A stretch of 64,000 bases of DNA. Origin: Octopus vulgaris. Its lineage: Eukaryota. Position numbers and translations under genes: made by a program. Positions 25,258 to 36,666 of this stretch are shown one piece after another. The DNA is taken from assembly GCA_951406725.2 (NCBI GenBank), contig OX597816.1, forward strand, positions 71,238,001-71,302,000, in the 5' to 3' direction. The notes under the pieces are model-generated. The model did not search any database and was not told where the DNA came from. It was given only the letters and a program-made list of their open reading frames with translations. Each line of letters starts with the position of its first letter. Position 1 is the stretch's first letter.

Positions 25258-25728
25258 AGGGGAAATGTATTATTCAACTGTTTTTATAACATTTGTATTC
25301 GGGAAGCTTTCCAGTAAAGTAATTAAACTACAAGAGACCCACACACACCAACAATTGCAATATCTGCTACAACAATTAACCAAGTCTCACTGAGAATACA
25401 CCATCGTTTTTAAAAAAGTAGGACACATTAGTTAATTCTCGATGTGCTACGCTCTGAAAGAAAAATTACGGGAAAGTTATGGATGGAGTAAACTTCATTT
25501 ACACGTTTATCGAATCAATATCTGACATGAGGCTGAAACCAAACTAATAAACATGATGCAACATCCATTGAACTTCCGTGTTATTTTAACTAAACACAGA
25601 CTTACGCAGCTTCATACTATGTAAATAAGAGCATAGAAATAATATATAAAATATTTCTTTCCATATATATATATATATTTGTATGTATATATTTGTAACA
25701 ACAAGCGATACAAGCAAAGAAAGCTTAC

Positions 25729-25790
25729 CATAGAAATTAGCTGACTTCTTAAACTAGTTATGTTTTCTGAGCCGCGCATACGGAAAGCTA
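25729..25790 (-). promoter_or_regulatory. NKAP: Probable NKAP 5' first exon and core promoter
   Basis: Strong donor ATG|gtaagc at 25729/25728; nearby CpG-containing patch gccgcgcatacggaa in otherwise very AT-rich, non-repetitive DNA. The upstream boundary is approximate. Confidence 0.45.
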
Positions 25791-26398
25791 ATGAAACTTA
25801 AATTTACATTTATTTATTAAGTATTGGTTTTATTTTATTTTTAATTCAAATTGTATTTTTTATTCTATTCTTGTTTATTAATACATCCGTCGGGTTCTTG
25901 TAATTGTCAGTCTTCTTTATTTTTGCATTTTTGTTGTTACTTAAGTTTCATACGAAAGTTTCCTTTCAGTACAAATTTGTAATGATCAAAACAATTTTTC
26001 ATGTGAGGTGATTGACCTGATAGATTATTAACTTTATTTTATATTCATTTAGTTTGAAAACATAAAACAGTGTCTCTCATTGTCTTGGAGGGTAAAATAA
26101 CTGAGTTACAATCATTAAATGTTCTATGTGCATGTAATAAATATTAAATGATTATATATATATAAATATATATATTACAAAGTGAGATAGGGGCTATGGG
26201 TGTAACCCACTATAGGATAGCATTTATCCAATATACTATTGGTAAAGTACCCAGATTCTTAATACATCAATGTTTTTAATTGCAATATAATTAACTCATT
26301 TATTGTATTAAATGGGTGAAGGTAAAGAAATATTTTTACCCTAAATTTATAATACAAATAATGAACAAACTAAATTTGTTTCTCCATTTTCTTATTTG

Positions 26399-26429
<31 letters not shown>

Positions 26430-26625
26430 CTCTTACTTTTTCAGTTATTTGACTGGCCATGCTGGAGCAACACCTTTAGTCGAGCAAATCGACACCAGGA
26501 CTTATTCTTTGTAAGCCTTGTACTTATTCTATTGGTCTCTTTTGCCGAATCACTAATTTTCGGGGACGTAAACACACCAGCATCGGTTGTCAAGCGATGT
26601 TGGGGGGACAAATACAGACACACAA

Positions 26626-26656
<31 letters not shown>

Positions 26657-26788
26657 CATATATACAACGGGCTTCTTTCAGTTTCCATCTACCAAATCCA
26701 CTCACAAGGCTATAGTAGAAAACACTTGCCCAAGGTGCCATGCAGTGGGACTGAACCCAGAACCATGTGGTTGGTAAGCAAGCTACTT

Positions 26789-28261
26789 TATTTCTTTTAA
26801 ATTGCCATAAAGGCATAACATAGAGGGGACACTACAAAACATGTGGGGACATATAACAATTAAAAATATGTAAAGATAAGATATGATACTGTGAGTGACA
26901 TGACAATGAACATGAGAAAATAAATTAATGTTATGATAACATGCATGATATCTGAAAATGAAGATATGAAGAGTGTGCTACTCACCCCATACTGAGTAAC
27001 ACCACTTGCTGCCTTTGAGTCCTAATTCGTCTTTAGTCTCTGGTCTAGTCCTTCTATTTCCACTCTCGCTATCACTCAATGACAACATTCTTTCGTAACC
27101 TTTTTCACTGGAGGACGGGTCTTAATTCTGTGGTGTCTGCTCTTTTCTCTTTTTCTTTTTTTCTTGTGGGAAAAAGGAGTGGGTGGGTCTGGTGTTTGTA
27201 TAGGGTGGGTGGGATGGAGTTGGGCTGGGGTACCACATCACACTCAGTGTTCTTTCTTTTCTTCCTCTTCTTCCTTCTACTCTCTGTTACTATCCATTCT
27301 TCCTCCTTTCATCCGTCTTTCTTTTCTTCCTCATTTTTCTCCTCTGTCTCCCCAACTGGTTCATCTGTTGTTTCCTCTATTGTTTTCTTCTGTAGAGCGC
27401 AGTGTGCTCTAATGTGGCCTTTTTGGCCACATTTAAAGCATCACAGAATTCTGCCCTCTACCTATATTCTCAATACTATTTCTCCCAACGTCACTGTTTC
27501 CGCCAAATTTTCCAGTTGCTTCACCTCTGCTTGTCTGATAATTTCCAATATTTTTCCTTTAAAGCCTCCTTCCTCAGTCTCTGTGGCTTGGAGGACAGCC
27601 ACCTCCTCCTCACTTCCAATGAGGACGGCTGCCACAACCCAAGCCACTTCTATATCAGGTGGAATTACTTTTACTCTCACCTTAGAAGTCTTTCTTCCAA
27701 GGTAGGTGGGTAGAAGTACTAGTTCCTCAGTTTTTACAGTTGTACTCGCCAGTCTCTTTGCCTTCTATGCTGTCCTAATCTGGACAACCACCGTCCCATA
27801 TCTGTTTCCTTTTGCTATATATCTTACTTCCTTCGAAAGCCCCTTCAGAGCTTTTTCTACTTTTTCCATCACCATCCGCTCCACCTTCCTACTCTCCACT
27901 GAGTGCACCTTGTAGGTAATAGTCTTCTTTTCCATATTTACCATAACACTTTTCGGGGGTAATAACTTCACATCACTGCTCACCTTCTGTGTCATCTTAC
28001 ACAGCTCCTTCAGTCCAGTTAGGCCCACTTCCTTTTTCTTTACCTCTGCCGCCTCAGCAAAACTCTTTACACTTTCCAAATGCTCATCCATTCTGTTTAC
28101 CGCCTTAACGAGCTCCTCCTCTGCTCAGGATAGTTCATACTCGCCAAGGTCCGAATACATTCTTTTCCACTGGTACAACACTCACCAACAAACTACTGGC
28201 AAGCAGCTCAAAAAATTCCGTCCATCTCATTAAAAATCAACACTGCGAATAAACCAGCGCA
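26789..28261 (-). mobile_element. ORF1-only (HAL1-like) L1/Tx1-type non-LTR element with a degenerate gag-like ORF, inserted in a SINE
   Basis: 14-bp TSD taagcaagct(a/g)ctt at 26775-26788 and 28262-28275; ORF from about 28160 with several stops; CCHC knuckle CFKCGQKGHIRAHC at 27399-27440; A-rich 3' end; no RT sequence. Confidence 0.8.
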
Positions 28262-28634
28262 TAAGCAAGCTGCTTACCACACAGCCACTCCGACGCCTAT
28301 ATATATGTATATATATCATCATCATCATTGTTTAACGTCCATTTTCCATGATAGCATGGGTTGGATGGTTCGACCGAGGTCTGGGAAACCAGGAGGCTGC
28401 ACCAAGCTCCAGTCTGATCTGGCAGTGTTTCTACAGCTGGATGCCCTTCCTAACACCAACCACGCTGAGAGTGTAGTGGGTGCTTTTTATGTACCCCTGG
28501 CAAAGGTGCCAGGGGAGGCTGGCATTGGCCACGATCGGTTGGTGCTTTTTACATGCCACCGACACAGAAGCCAGTCAAGGCGGCGCTGGCATCGACCATG
28601 TTCAGATGGTGCTTCTTACGTGCCACCGGCACAG

Positions 28635-28670
<36 letters not shown>

Positions 28671-28689
28671 AATAATATATATATATGCA

Positions 28690-29445
28690 TATATACAAAC
28701 GTATACGTACATACGCCTTTGATAAAACAGTTGCTCCCACAAAGTAAATTAAATAAAATTTGTGATCTTGTAGAGGGTCAAGATTGGTGACAAAAACAGG
28801 ACAGTGAAAACAAACAGGAAGGGCTGCTAAGCCTAAACGAGGTTGTGGTGGCAAACGTGAGGAAACAAGTCTGGACAAAAGACAGAGAACAATACATCTT
28901 CCTTGTCCAGCTGAAACAGGAAGAAAGAAAGAAACACAAATTAGGAGAATGGCTGATGGTCATGTGGGAAAGCTTTATTTTATATATTAATCGTCTTTCG
29001 GCCAGAGTTCTTTCATCACACTTCTGTGACCTCATCAGTGGTCCTTTGCCTTCTTCTTTCTTATTTGTGTATTTTTCCTTACTAATGATCACCCATTTTG
29101 TATTTTGTATACATATATATATATACATTTTGTATACATACATACATGTATATATATATATTTTCAGTGTTCCAAGTTTAAAGAATTTAGAGTCAGTCAA
29201 TACTTTCTTATGAAATGCACTTCCTTGCTAATGTGTTCATTATGGCTATCATTGTTTTTGAATTTGTATAATGGAAACGTTCTGAATTTGGGAGATTTGT
29301 TGGAAGCACATTCATCAACGTGCTGGCTGAGAGGTATTTTCCTGTATTCCAGAATTCTAATATGATATTTGTGCACCGCCATCCTCTGACGTAGGTTGTT
29401 TTTTGTCTGTCCAACATATTGCCATTTGCATCATGAGCATGAAAT
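28690..29445 (-). mobile_element. Penelope-like element remnant (GIY-YIG end + pLTR)
   Basis: CS*CKWQYVGQTKNNLRQRMAVH...PLSQHVDEC...KEVHFIRKY matches the Penelope GIY-YIG C-terminal pattern; downstream hammerhead-like motif; flanked by (TA)n. Confidence 0.75.
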
Positions 29446-29505
29446 TAAGTATGTATGTGTGTATATATATCTATATATCTATCTATATATATATATATAT
29501 ATATA

Positions 29506-29753
29506 TATAATACAAATAAGAAAATGGAGAAACAAATTTGGTTTGTTCATCAATTTACAGATATTATGATGTTGGATTATTTATTCATTTTATAAATTAG
29601 AACATCAAAAGCATACAAAAATATTATTTATATAATATTTTTGTATGCTTTTGATGTTCTAATTTGTAAAATGAATAAATAATCCAGCATTATAATATCT
29701 GTAAGTTGATGAACAAACCAAATTTTTGTCTCCATTTTCTTATTTGTATTATA
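29506..29753. repeat. Long fold-back palindrome (~120-bp arms)
   Basis: Arms are near reverse complements around a centre at about 29630; 29715-29925 is also an inverted copy of 26175-26400. Confidence 0.9.
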
Positions 29754-29944
29754 AATTTACAGTAAAAATATTTCTTTACCTTCATCTGTTTAATGCAGTA
29801 AATGAATTAATTGCATTGCAATTAAAAACATTTATGTATTAAGAATTTGGGTATTATCAACAGTATATTGGATAAATGATATCCCATAGTGGGTTACACC
29901 CATAACCCCTATCTTACTTTGTACTATATATATATATATATATA

Positions 29945-30486
29945 CTAGCAGCTAAGCCCGGTTTCACCTGGTCGGTTTGGATGATGTGTCTGTAAAACCT
30001 GCTCTGTGTAAGCATTTGACTTGTTTGGGCACGCTTACATTAAGAAACAATTTTAGAATGACATTTTTCTGTCAAAACGCTAAAAATAATTGACCAACAA
30101 AAAGAAACTGACCAAGATTCAAACAAATCAAAAAGATAAACCCAAATACTAAGTGAACAAAAATGCAAAACAACAGAAACAAGCATAAAAAATAAAACAA
30201 AAATTAAAAGAAATAAAAAATAGGTAAAAAATCTTTTAAATTTTCAAAGGTCAAAAACAAACAAAAAAATAATAACTGAAAAACATTAAATACTGCAACC
30301 TCAATGCGAAATATTACATAAAATTTGAAAACCGAAAGAAAAATACCCATCTGAAACTGAAAAACAATTAACTTCTTGGTAACAATGGGAACTATGAAAA
30401 AAATATGACATCACCCCCCCTCCTTCTTTATTCATCTATCGCCCTTCCTTTCTCATTCATAAACACAAGAGTATTATTATAGTAGA
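29945..30486 (-). mobile_element. Non-autonomous Helitron
   Basis: On the minus strand: A|TC 5' end at 30486, imperfect GC hairpin (ccaggtgaaaccggg) shortly before the 3' CTAG|T at 29945. Confidence 0.6.
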
Positions 30487-30954
30487 TTATCTCAGTAACC
30501 ATGAGAGCTATGAGAAATGTACAAAGCCCAGCATCACAACCAGATCACTCTACACATCTGTGTAATTTTTCACGCAATTCCACTCAGCTGTTTGACCGTG
30601 AATCCCAAGACAAGAAAGAATCGCCCATGTCAAATTTATATGTGTGTATATATATATATATATAAATATATACACACATATACTTTATTGAAAAGCAGTA
30701 AAAATATCACAAAATCTGTTTCGATAAAACAAACCCATTTTCAAATGCGTATCCATTAAACTAATTGTATGTTTGCTGATAACTTTATTTCTGTTCCATT
30801 CTAAACAAAACTGCCCAACGAATAGGAACATGAAACTCTTGAGTAACAGTTTTTGTGATATCTTTGGAGCTTTATCAATAAAGTATATTACTCTACCTCT
30901 GCTATTTAAGTACTATTTTATTTCCACCTTGCTTTGCATTTATCTGCTTACTCT

Positions 30955-31005
<51 letters not shown>

Positions 31006-31234
31006 TCAATAGACAACATATACATATTTTTAAATAGTGTACATCAAAACACAAAAGAAAATTACCCATTAACAGGTAATTTTTACATGCTAGAAATAGC
31101 AGCCAACATAGCCAAAACCACGATTTAATAGCAGTTTTCGAAGGAATTGAAAAATAAAAAACTTTTACCTTGTTATTTATTATTGGTTATACCATGGTTT
31201 CGAAATTTCTTTCTTATGTATATATATATATATA

Positions 31235-31267
<33 letters not shown>

Positions 31268-32440
31268 CTCTTGTGCCAGTGGCACATAAAATGCACCCAC
31301 TACACTCATAGAGTGGTTGGTGTTAGGAAGGGCATCCAGCTGTAGAAACACTGCCAGATCAGACTGGAGCCTGGTGCAGCCTCCTGGCTTCCCAAACCCC
31401 GGTCAAACCGTCCAACCCATGCTAGCATGGAAAACGGACGTTAAACGATGATAATGATGATGATGATATATATATACACACACACATGCACATGCACTCA
31501 AACACACACATATGTAAGTGCGTATATGTATATATATTATGAGTACATGTGCATGTTTGTGTGTGTGTGTGTTGGGGGGGCAGGGGAGTGGTGGGGTTGT
31601 ATTTTACTTGAGCAATCAGGGTTGACAAATTAGCTGACAGCTCTTATCATTACCTGATAAACACAATGTGCTTGTCATGGAACTTTTGTGAGAGAATACA
31701 AAGGTAGTTTCCAATTGCTTTCCTTACACACACACACACACATTATCTGATCTGTTTCTCTATCTACATATAGCAGGTTGAAACTTCGAAGTCACTATCA
31801 CCCCACTTCTTATAAAAGTTTAATATACATGAACTCTTCTAAAAAATCATTGAGCAATTCATCAGTTTTGTATTAAATTGTCTTTGTTGTACCTCAACAG
31901 AGAGCTAACTTTAATCACTGTTAACAAGTCTGCAATTAACAGACGAAACTAGTTGAGGAGTGATTATCTCCCCTGTCAGTGTATATGTGTGTGTGTGTGT
32001 GTATATATATATGTGCACATATGCAGCTTTAAGTGTCTTAACTCTTATTTCTACCAATATAAGTGTTTTATGGTTTTATATTGTGTGTAGCTGCTAATAT
32101 TAATATATATATATATTAATATACATATATACAAAATTTAGAGGAATGACCACTGAAGTGGACACCCTATATGCTAAACATAGACGTTTTCATTTGTCTT
32201 GCTCATTTTTACATTTTGGCGTTTTGCTGAGATTCTTTTCTTAAGAACACATTCTTCATGGTAATGGCGATTTGACATCTATGTTTAGCATATAGGGTGT
32301 CCACTTTAGTGGCCATTCTTCTAAATTTTGTATGTATCATAATTTTTGATCTTCAGATTTTTAAAATATGCTAAGCCACTGGTTTTAATTGATTAACATC
32401 AATTTCTACCCTTATTATTTAATTTTATATATATATATAT

Positions 32441-33041
32441 CTTCGGCATCCGTCCGTCTCGAGAGACGATGGTGTAGCTTGGAAAAGGTGGTGGGTTTAT
32501 CTGCACTTCCTGGTGTCTGCTGCAGTGTCCTCTCCAGTCCTCTTCCTGTTGAGCTACAAGGCCTGGGCAGGTTTGCATGAGGGATCAGCTGTTGTCCATG
32601 CAGTTTGAATCCCATTCTCCACGCAGCTGGTAGCTCCAAGCTTGGTACCAGATGCGTCGCAGGAGTTGCCGGTAATGACGTGTTGTGTCAGGCCGCCTTA
32701 GGGACTCCAGCTTGGGATTTTCTGTCGGGGTTTACTCCCTTAGCCTTCCCCAGGAGGGGGTCTTGCCGCAAGGCAGCGGAGGTTTGAAATCGGAGTTTCC
32801 CTCTCCTAGCTGGGCTGCCAATCAAGGCTATCGGAGTCCCAACTACCCGAAGCAACTGGTTTTAAGGTGCCAGTGACTCGCCTTTGCCCCTTCTCCTGTC
32901 AGTGGGAACAGTTTCGGCATGGGAAGGCCAGGAGTTGGACTTGACAGTCAGAGGCTATTTGAGACGCACGCTGTGGGAGCACTTTGTAGGCAGTGGGAGC
33001 TTATCCCCACTGCCACTCCCGGCTACGACAGCCTTTGAAAC
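32441..33041 (-). mobile_element. Bipartite non-autonomous RTE element (5'UTR joined to 3' end), inserted in (TA)n
   Basis: GC-rich island; 3' end ccatcgtctctcgagacggacggatgcc and 5'UTR motif ggcagcc..ctaggagagggaaactc..tttcaaacctccgctgccttgcgg resemble RTE families as I recall them; ORF-end remnant ...TRKCR*. Confidence 0.7.
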
Positions 33042-33042
33042 T

Positions 33043-33074
<32 letters not shown>

Positions 33075-34469
33075 GAGAGTAACTTCTATGCTGGAGTAAG
33101 AACAGCCTGTTCTTTGTCTATTTCTTTAACTTCTTGGAGATTTTAGGTATAATTATACTAATGTGTCCATCTGTTCTAATTCAATTAAATTCTTTGTCTT
33201 TGTGCAGCTGAAGATTGCTCTGTATTTTAAATTAATGTAATGATTGTATTGTTCAATTAAATGGAGTTGCATGAAACGATTGTACTGCATTATCTCTGGA
33301 TATCTTTGTTGCTTATTTTGATATGTATATATATTATGTACCCTTGTTACCTTTCTGTTGATGTCGTGATAGTTGTAAATGAGTGTCACCATCATATATA
33401 TGATGTTCATTTCCAGTCTTTCATGAAATGCATGTCTGTCCATGGGGAAATATCGCTTTGCTTGGAAACAGGTGAGAGATGGCAACAAGTGGGGCATCAT
33501 GCCATAGGAAAATCTGCCTCAAAAAATTCACTTTGGCTCATGCAAGCATGAGAAAGTAAAGACTAAACAATTGGTATGAAATATTGATGAGAATCATGAT
33601 GATGCTAGTGTGTGTGTGTATTGTGGCTGTGCTGCAGGAAAGTAATATGAAGGAAAGTAATAAGGCAGTGAGCTGGCAGAATTGTTAGCACGCCGGACGA
33701 AATGCTTAGTGGTATTTCATCTGCCGTTACATTCTGAGTTGAAATTCTGCCGAGGTCGACTTTGCCTTTCATCCTTTCGAGGTTGATAAATTAAGTACCA
33801 GTTACACCCTGGGGTTGATATAATCGACTTAATCCGTTTGTCTGTCCTCTCTGTGTTTAGCCCTTGTGGGTAGTAAAGAAATAGGTATTTCGTCTGCCGT
33901 TACGTTCTGAGTTCAAATTCTGCCGAGGTCGACTTTGCCTTTCATCCTTTCGGGGTCAATAAATTAAGTACGAGTTATGCACTGGGGCCGATATAATCGA
34001 CTTAATCCCTTTGTCTGTCCTTGTTTGTCCCCTCAATGTTTAGCCCTTTGTGGGCAATAAAGAAATAAGGAAAGTAATATGAAGAGGGTATAGAAAAGGA
34101 AGTCTCCAAGATACAATTAGTGATAAAGCACCATGCCTGCAGTGTAAATGGCTTCCTTTAACATTGGGATGTCATGAACTTGTAGCTACACCAACTGTCT
34201 TCTAATAGAGCAGTGTTTGGTAAACAGCAGAGGTAAGTAATAAACATGTTGTCACTGATGTAGCAGACACATGCAAAAATAGGAGAATGACCAAGGCTTT
34301 GTGGTTCAGAAGTTAAGGTGTACGTATGTCTGGGTGGTTAAGAAGCTTGCTTTAAAATCGTTTAGTTTTGAATTCAGTTCTGATGTATGGCACCTCGGGC
34401 ACATGTCTTCAACTATAGTCTTGAGTGAATCTGGTGCACAGAAACTGCATAGAAGACCAATAGAATTAG

Positions 34470-34679
34470 GGCGTAACTTCGGTATAAGTACCAGATACAT
34501 TTCAAGAAAGTGTTTTTTTTTATATATGGGGGGCTAGGGTTAAGGTTAGTGTTTGGGTTAGGGTTAGGGTTTGTGTTAGGGTTAGGGTTTGTGTTAGGGT
34601 TAGGGGTGGGAGAAAAGGGTTTCTGTTATCCTCAGAAATGTAAACAAAACCACGTGTGTACTTATACCGAAGGATCGCC
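34470..34679. mobile_element. MITE (Merlin-like) with TTAGGG array
   Basis: TIR GGCG..CTTCGGTATAAGTAC; 8-bp TSD AGAATTAG (34462-34469 and 34680-34687); degenerate (TTAGGG)n at about 34535-34606. Confidence 0.85.
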
Positions 34680-35599
34680 AGAATTAGTACTAGATTTGAC
34701 TATTTTCAACTAAACCCATCACAGCAGTGCATCAACGTGGCTGCAGTCCAGTGACTCAGATAAGTAAAAGACAAAGTTGATTGTGAATGACGGTTTCTCG
34801 GGAAACAGTAAAACAAAATAGTCTTTGCTTGATTAGAATGGTTGTAGTTGTCTTTGATTTGATGTGGTGGTTGCATGAATGACAAACAGAATGAAAAGCC
34901 TACAATAATGTAGGTTAAAAGAACTTAGATATTCCCTGGTGACAGCAATGCTATTTGGTACTGCTGGAAAGTGGTAATAGTGGTTAGTGGTTAGAGTATG
35001 GCTTAGTGGTTAGAGGAGAAGACTCGCAGTCGAGAGATCGCGGGTTCGAATCTCAGACCGGGCGATGTGTGTGTTTATGAGCGAAACACCTAAGCTCCAC
35101 GCTTGAATGAAGGCGGTGAGCTGGCAGAAACGTTAGCACGCCGGGCGAAATGCTTAGCGGTATTTCGTCTGCCGTTACGTTCTGAGTTCAAATTCCGCCG
35201 AGGTCGACTTAGCCTTTTCATCCTTTCGGGGTCGATAAATTAAGTACCAGTTACGCACTGGAGTCGATGTAATCCCTTGTCTGTCCTTGTTTGTCCCCTC
35301 TATGTTTAACCCCCTGTGGGCAATAAAGAAATAAATATTAATATAAGCATCGTTCGATTGCCTTGCGTTTGAATGTGCCGTAAATACTACTGGCCTAGTG
35401 TTAAACAACACCTTAATAAACATATGACATATTCAAATACAAAGCTATACATCACCTAATGCTAGCATTGTTCTAATACTCTAAATACTAATAAAGGTAT
35501 TGTTCTATTGCTTTGCAATTAGTATGTGCAGCAAACATTACCAAATGCACTTTAAGTCATTGCTAAACACTAAAACTGCTCAAATAGTATATTGGGTTA

Positions 35600-35959
35600 A
35601 CTCTGGTAGAGGGCGTGACAATCGTTCAGCAGCAGCAGTAGCAGCAGCAGCCACGTGACCTACAAACGATGGTGACGTTAGTGATGTCGGCCGTGGCCGC
35701 GTTGCTAGATGGTCTCCTCTTTATCAAGCTGCATCTTCTCACACGCACCAAGATCGGATGTCGTCTAATCTCGCCCAGTCTGTAATATTCATTCATCTGA
35801 CGCTGGTCGTTTTTATTATTGTTGTTGTTGTTAATACAGTACTGTTGTCCTCGACAACACAGCAGTTCTTCCTTTAAAAACCCATATATCTATCTATATA
35901 TATATATATACAAACACACACTTGAATATTAATATTATTAATTCACCATTGCCTCTACA
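35600..35959 (+). promoter_or_regulatory. CpG-enriched promoter/5'UTR of the NISCH-like gene
   Basis: Local GC/CpG rise; (CAG)n tract; E-box CACGTGAC at 35652-35659; TGACGT at 35673-35678. Confidence 0.5.
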
Positions 35960-36046
35960 ATGTCCCAGTTCGGAAGAGATTTGGACAACTTCAGCGCCTG
36001 CAGAACTGTCCGCATTATCGGCTCGGAATGTGTGGAAAACTATACG
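35960..36046 (+). CDS. NISCH: Nischarin-like PX-domain protein, first coding exon: MSQFGRDLDNFSACRTVRIIGSECVENYT
   Basis: ATG in ACAATG context, strong donor ACG|gtaaga (phase 0); RIIGSECVENYT resembles the human NISCH PX start (RVVGSELVDTYT, recalled). Downstream exons not found in the window. Confidence 0.72.
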
Positions 36047-36156
36047 GTAAGAGATAATCACTTCTATATACCTTGTCAGTGTTACACAGTGTTTATATAT
36101 AAAAATACATAGAAGTATATGTGTTTGTATCTACGCATAATGCATCTATATGTATG

Positions 36157-36205
<49 letters not shown>

Positions 36206-36322
36206 GAATCTATGTGTCTTGTATATATGTATAACGTGTGGATACACATATATAATGTTTATGCATGTATGTGGGTGTAATACCCGACGAACAACATACC
36301 AACACCACTTCGCTTTCTATTG

Positions 36323-36356
<34 letters not shown>

Positions 36357-36629
36357 GTGTATACATACACACACTTCACTAATCATCGTCGATGATAATA
36401 TCTTCAATCTCCTCTTTTCTGTAGTGTATGTGTGTGTATATATAATTATACCGCATATATATATATGTGTGTGTGTATTGAGAAGAATTGAAATGCATGA
36501 ATGTTGTAACCTCCACATTTCGAGCACTATTTCATTCATATATTTACCCAACTAAAAAAGGAAAAGAAAATACAAACAACCCTTCAAGCTTCACACTTTC
36601 CCTTCAGTCACATATATAGTTCCATAGCT

Positions 36630-36666
<37 letters not shown>

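Noticed and set aside
27079-27705. 208-aa Phe/Ser-rich plus-strand ORF
   Set aside because: Antisense shadow of the purine-rich gag-like ORF on the minus strand.
34535-34606. TTAGGG tract as a true telomere or chromosome-fusion scar
   Set aside because: Short, degenerate and enclosed by TIRs and an 8-bp TSD.
34995-35065. tRNA gene
   Set aside because: A/B boxes are present but the sequence continues into the SINE-C body and lacks a clean acceptor stem.
36210-36555. ORFs rich in YI/CV/TH dipeptides here and elsewhere in the track
   Set aside because: Translations of (TA)n/(TG)n microsatellites.
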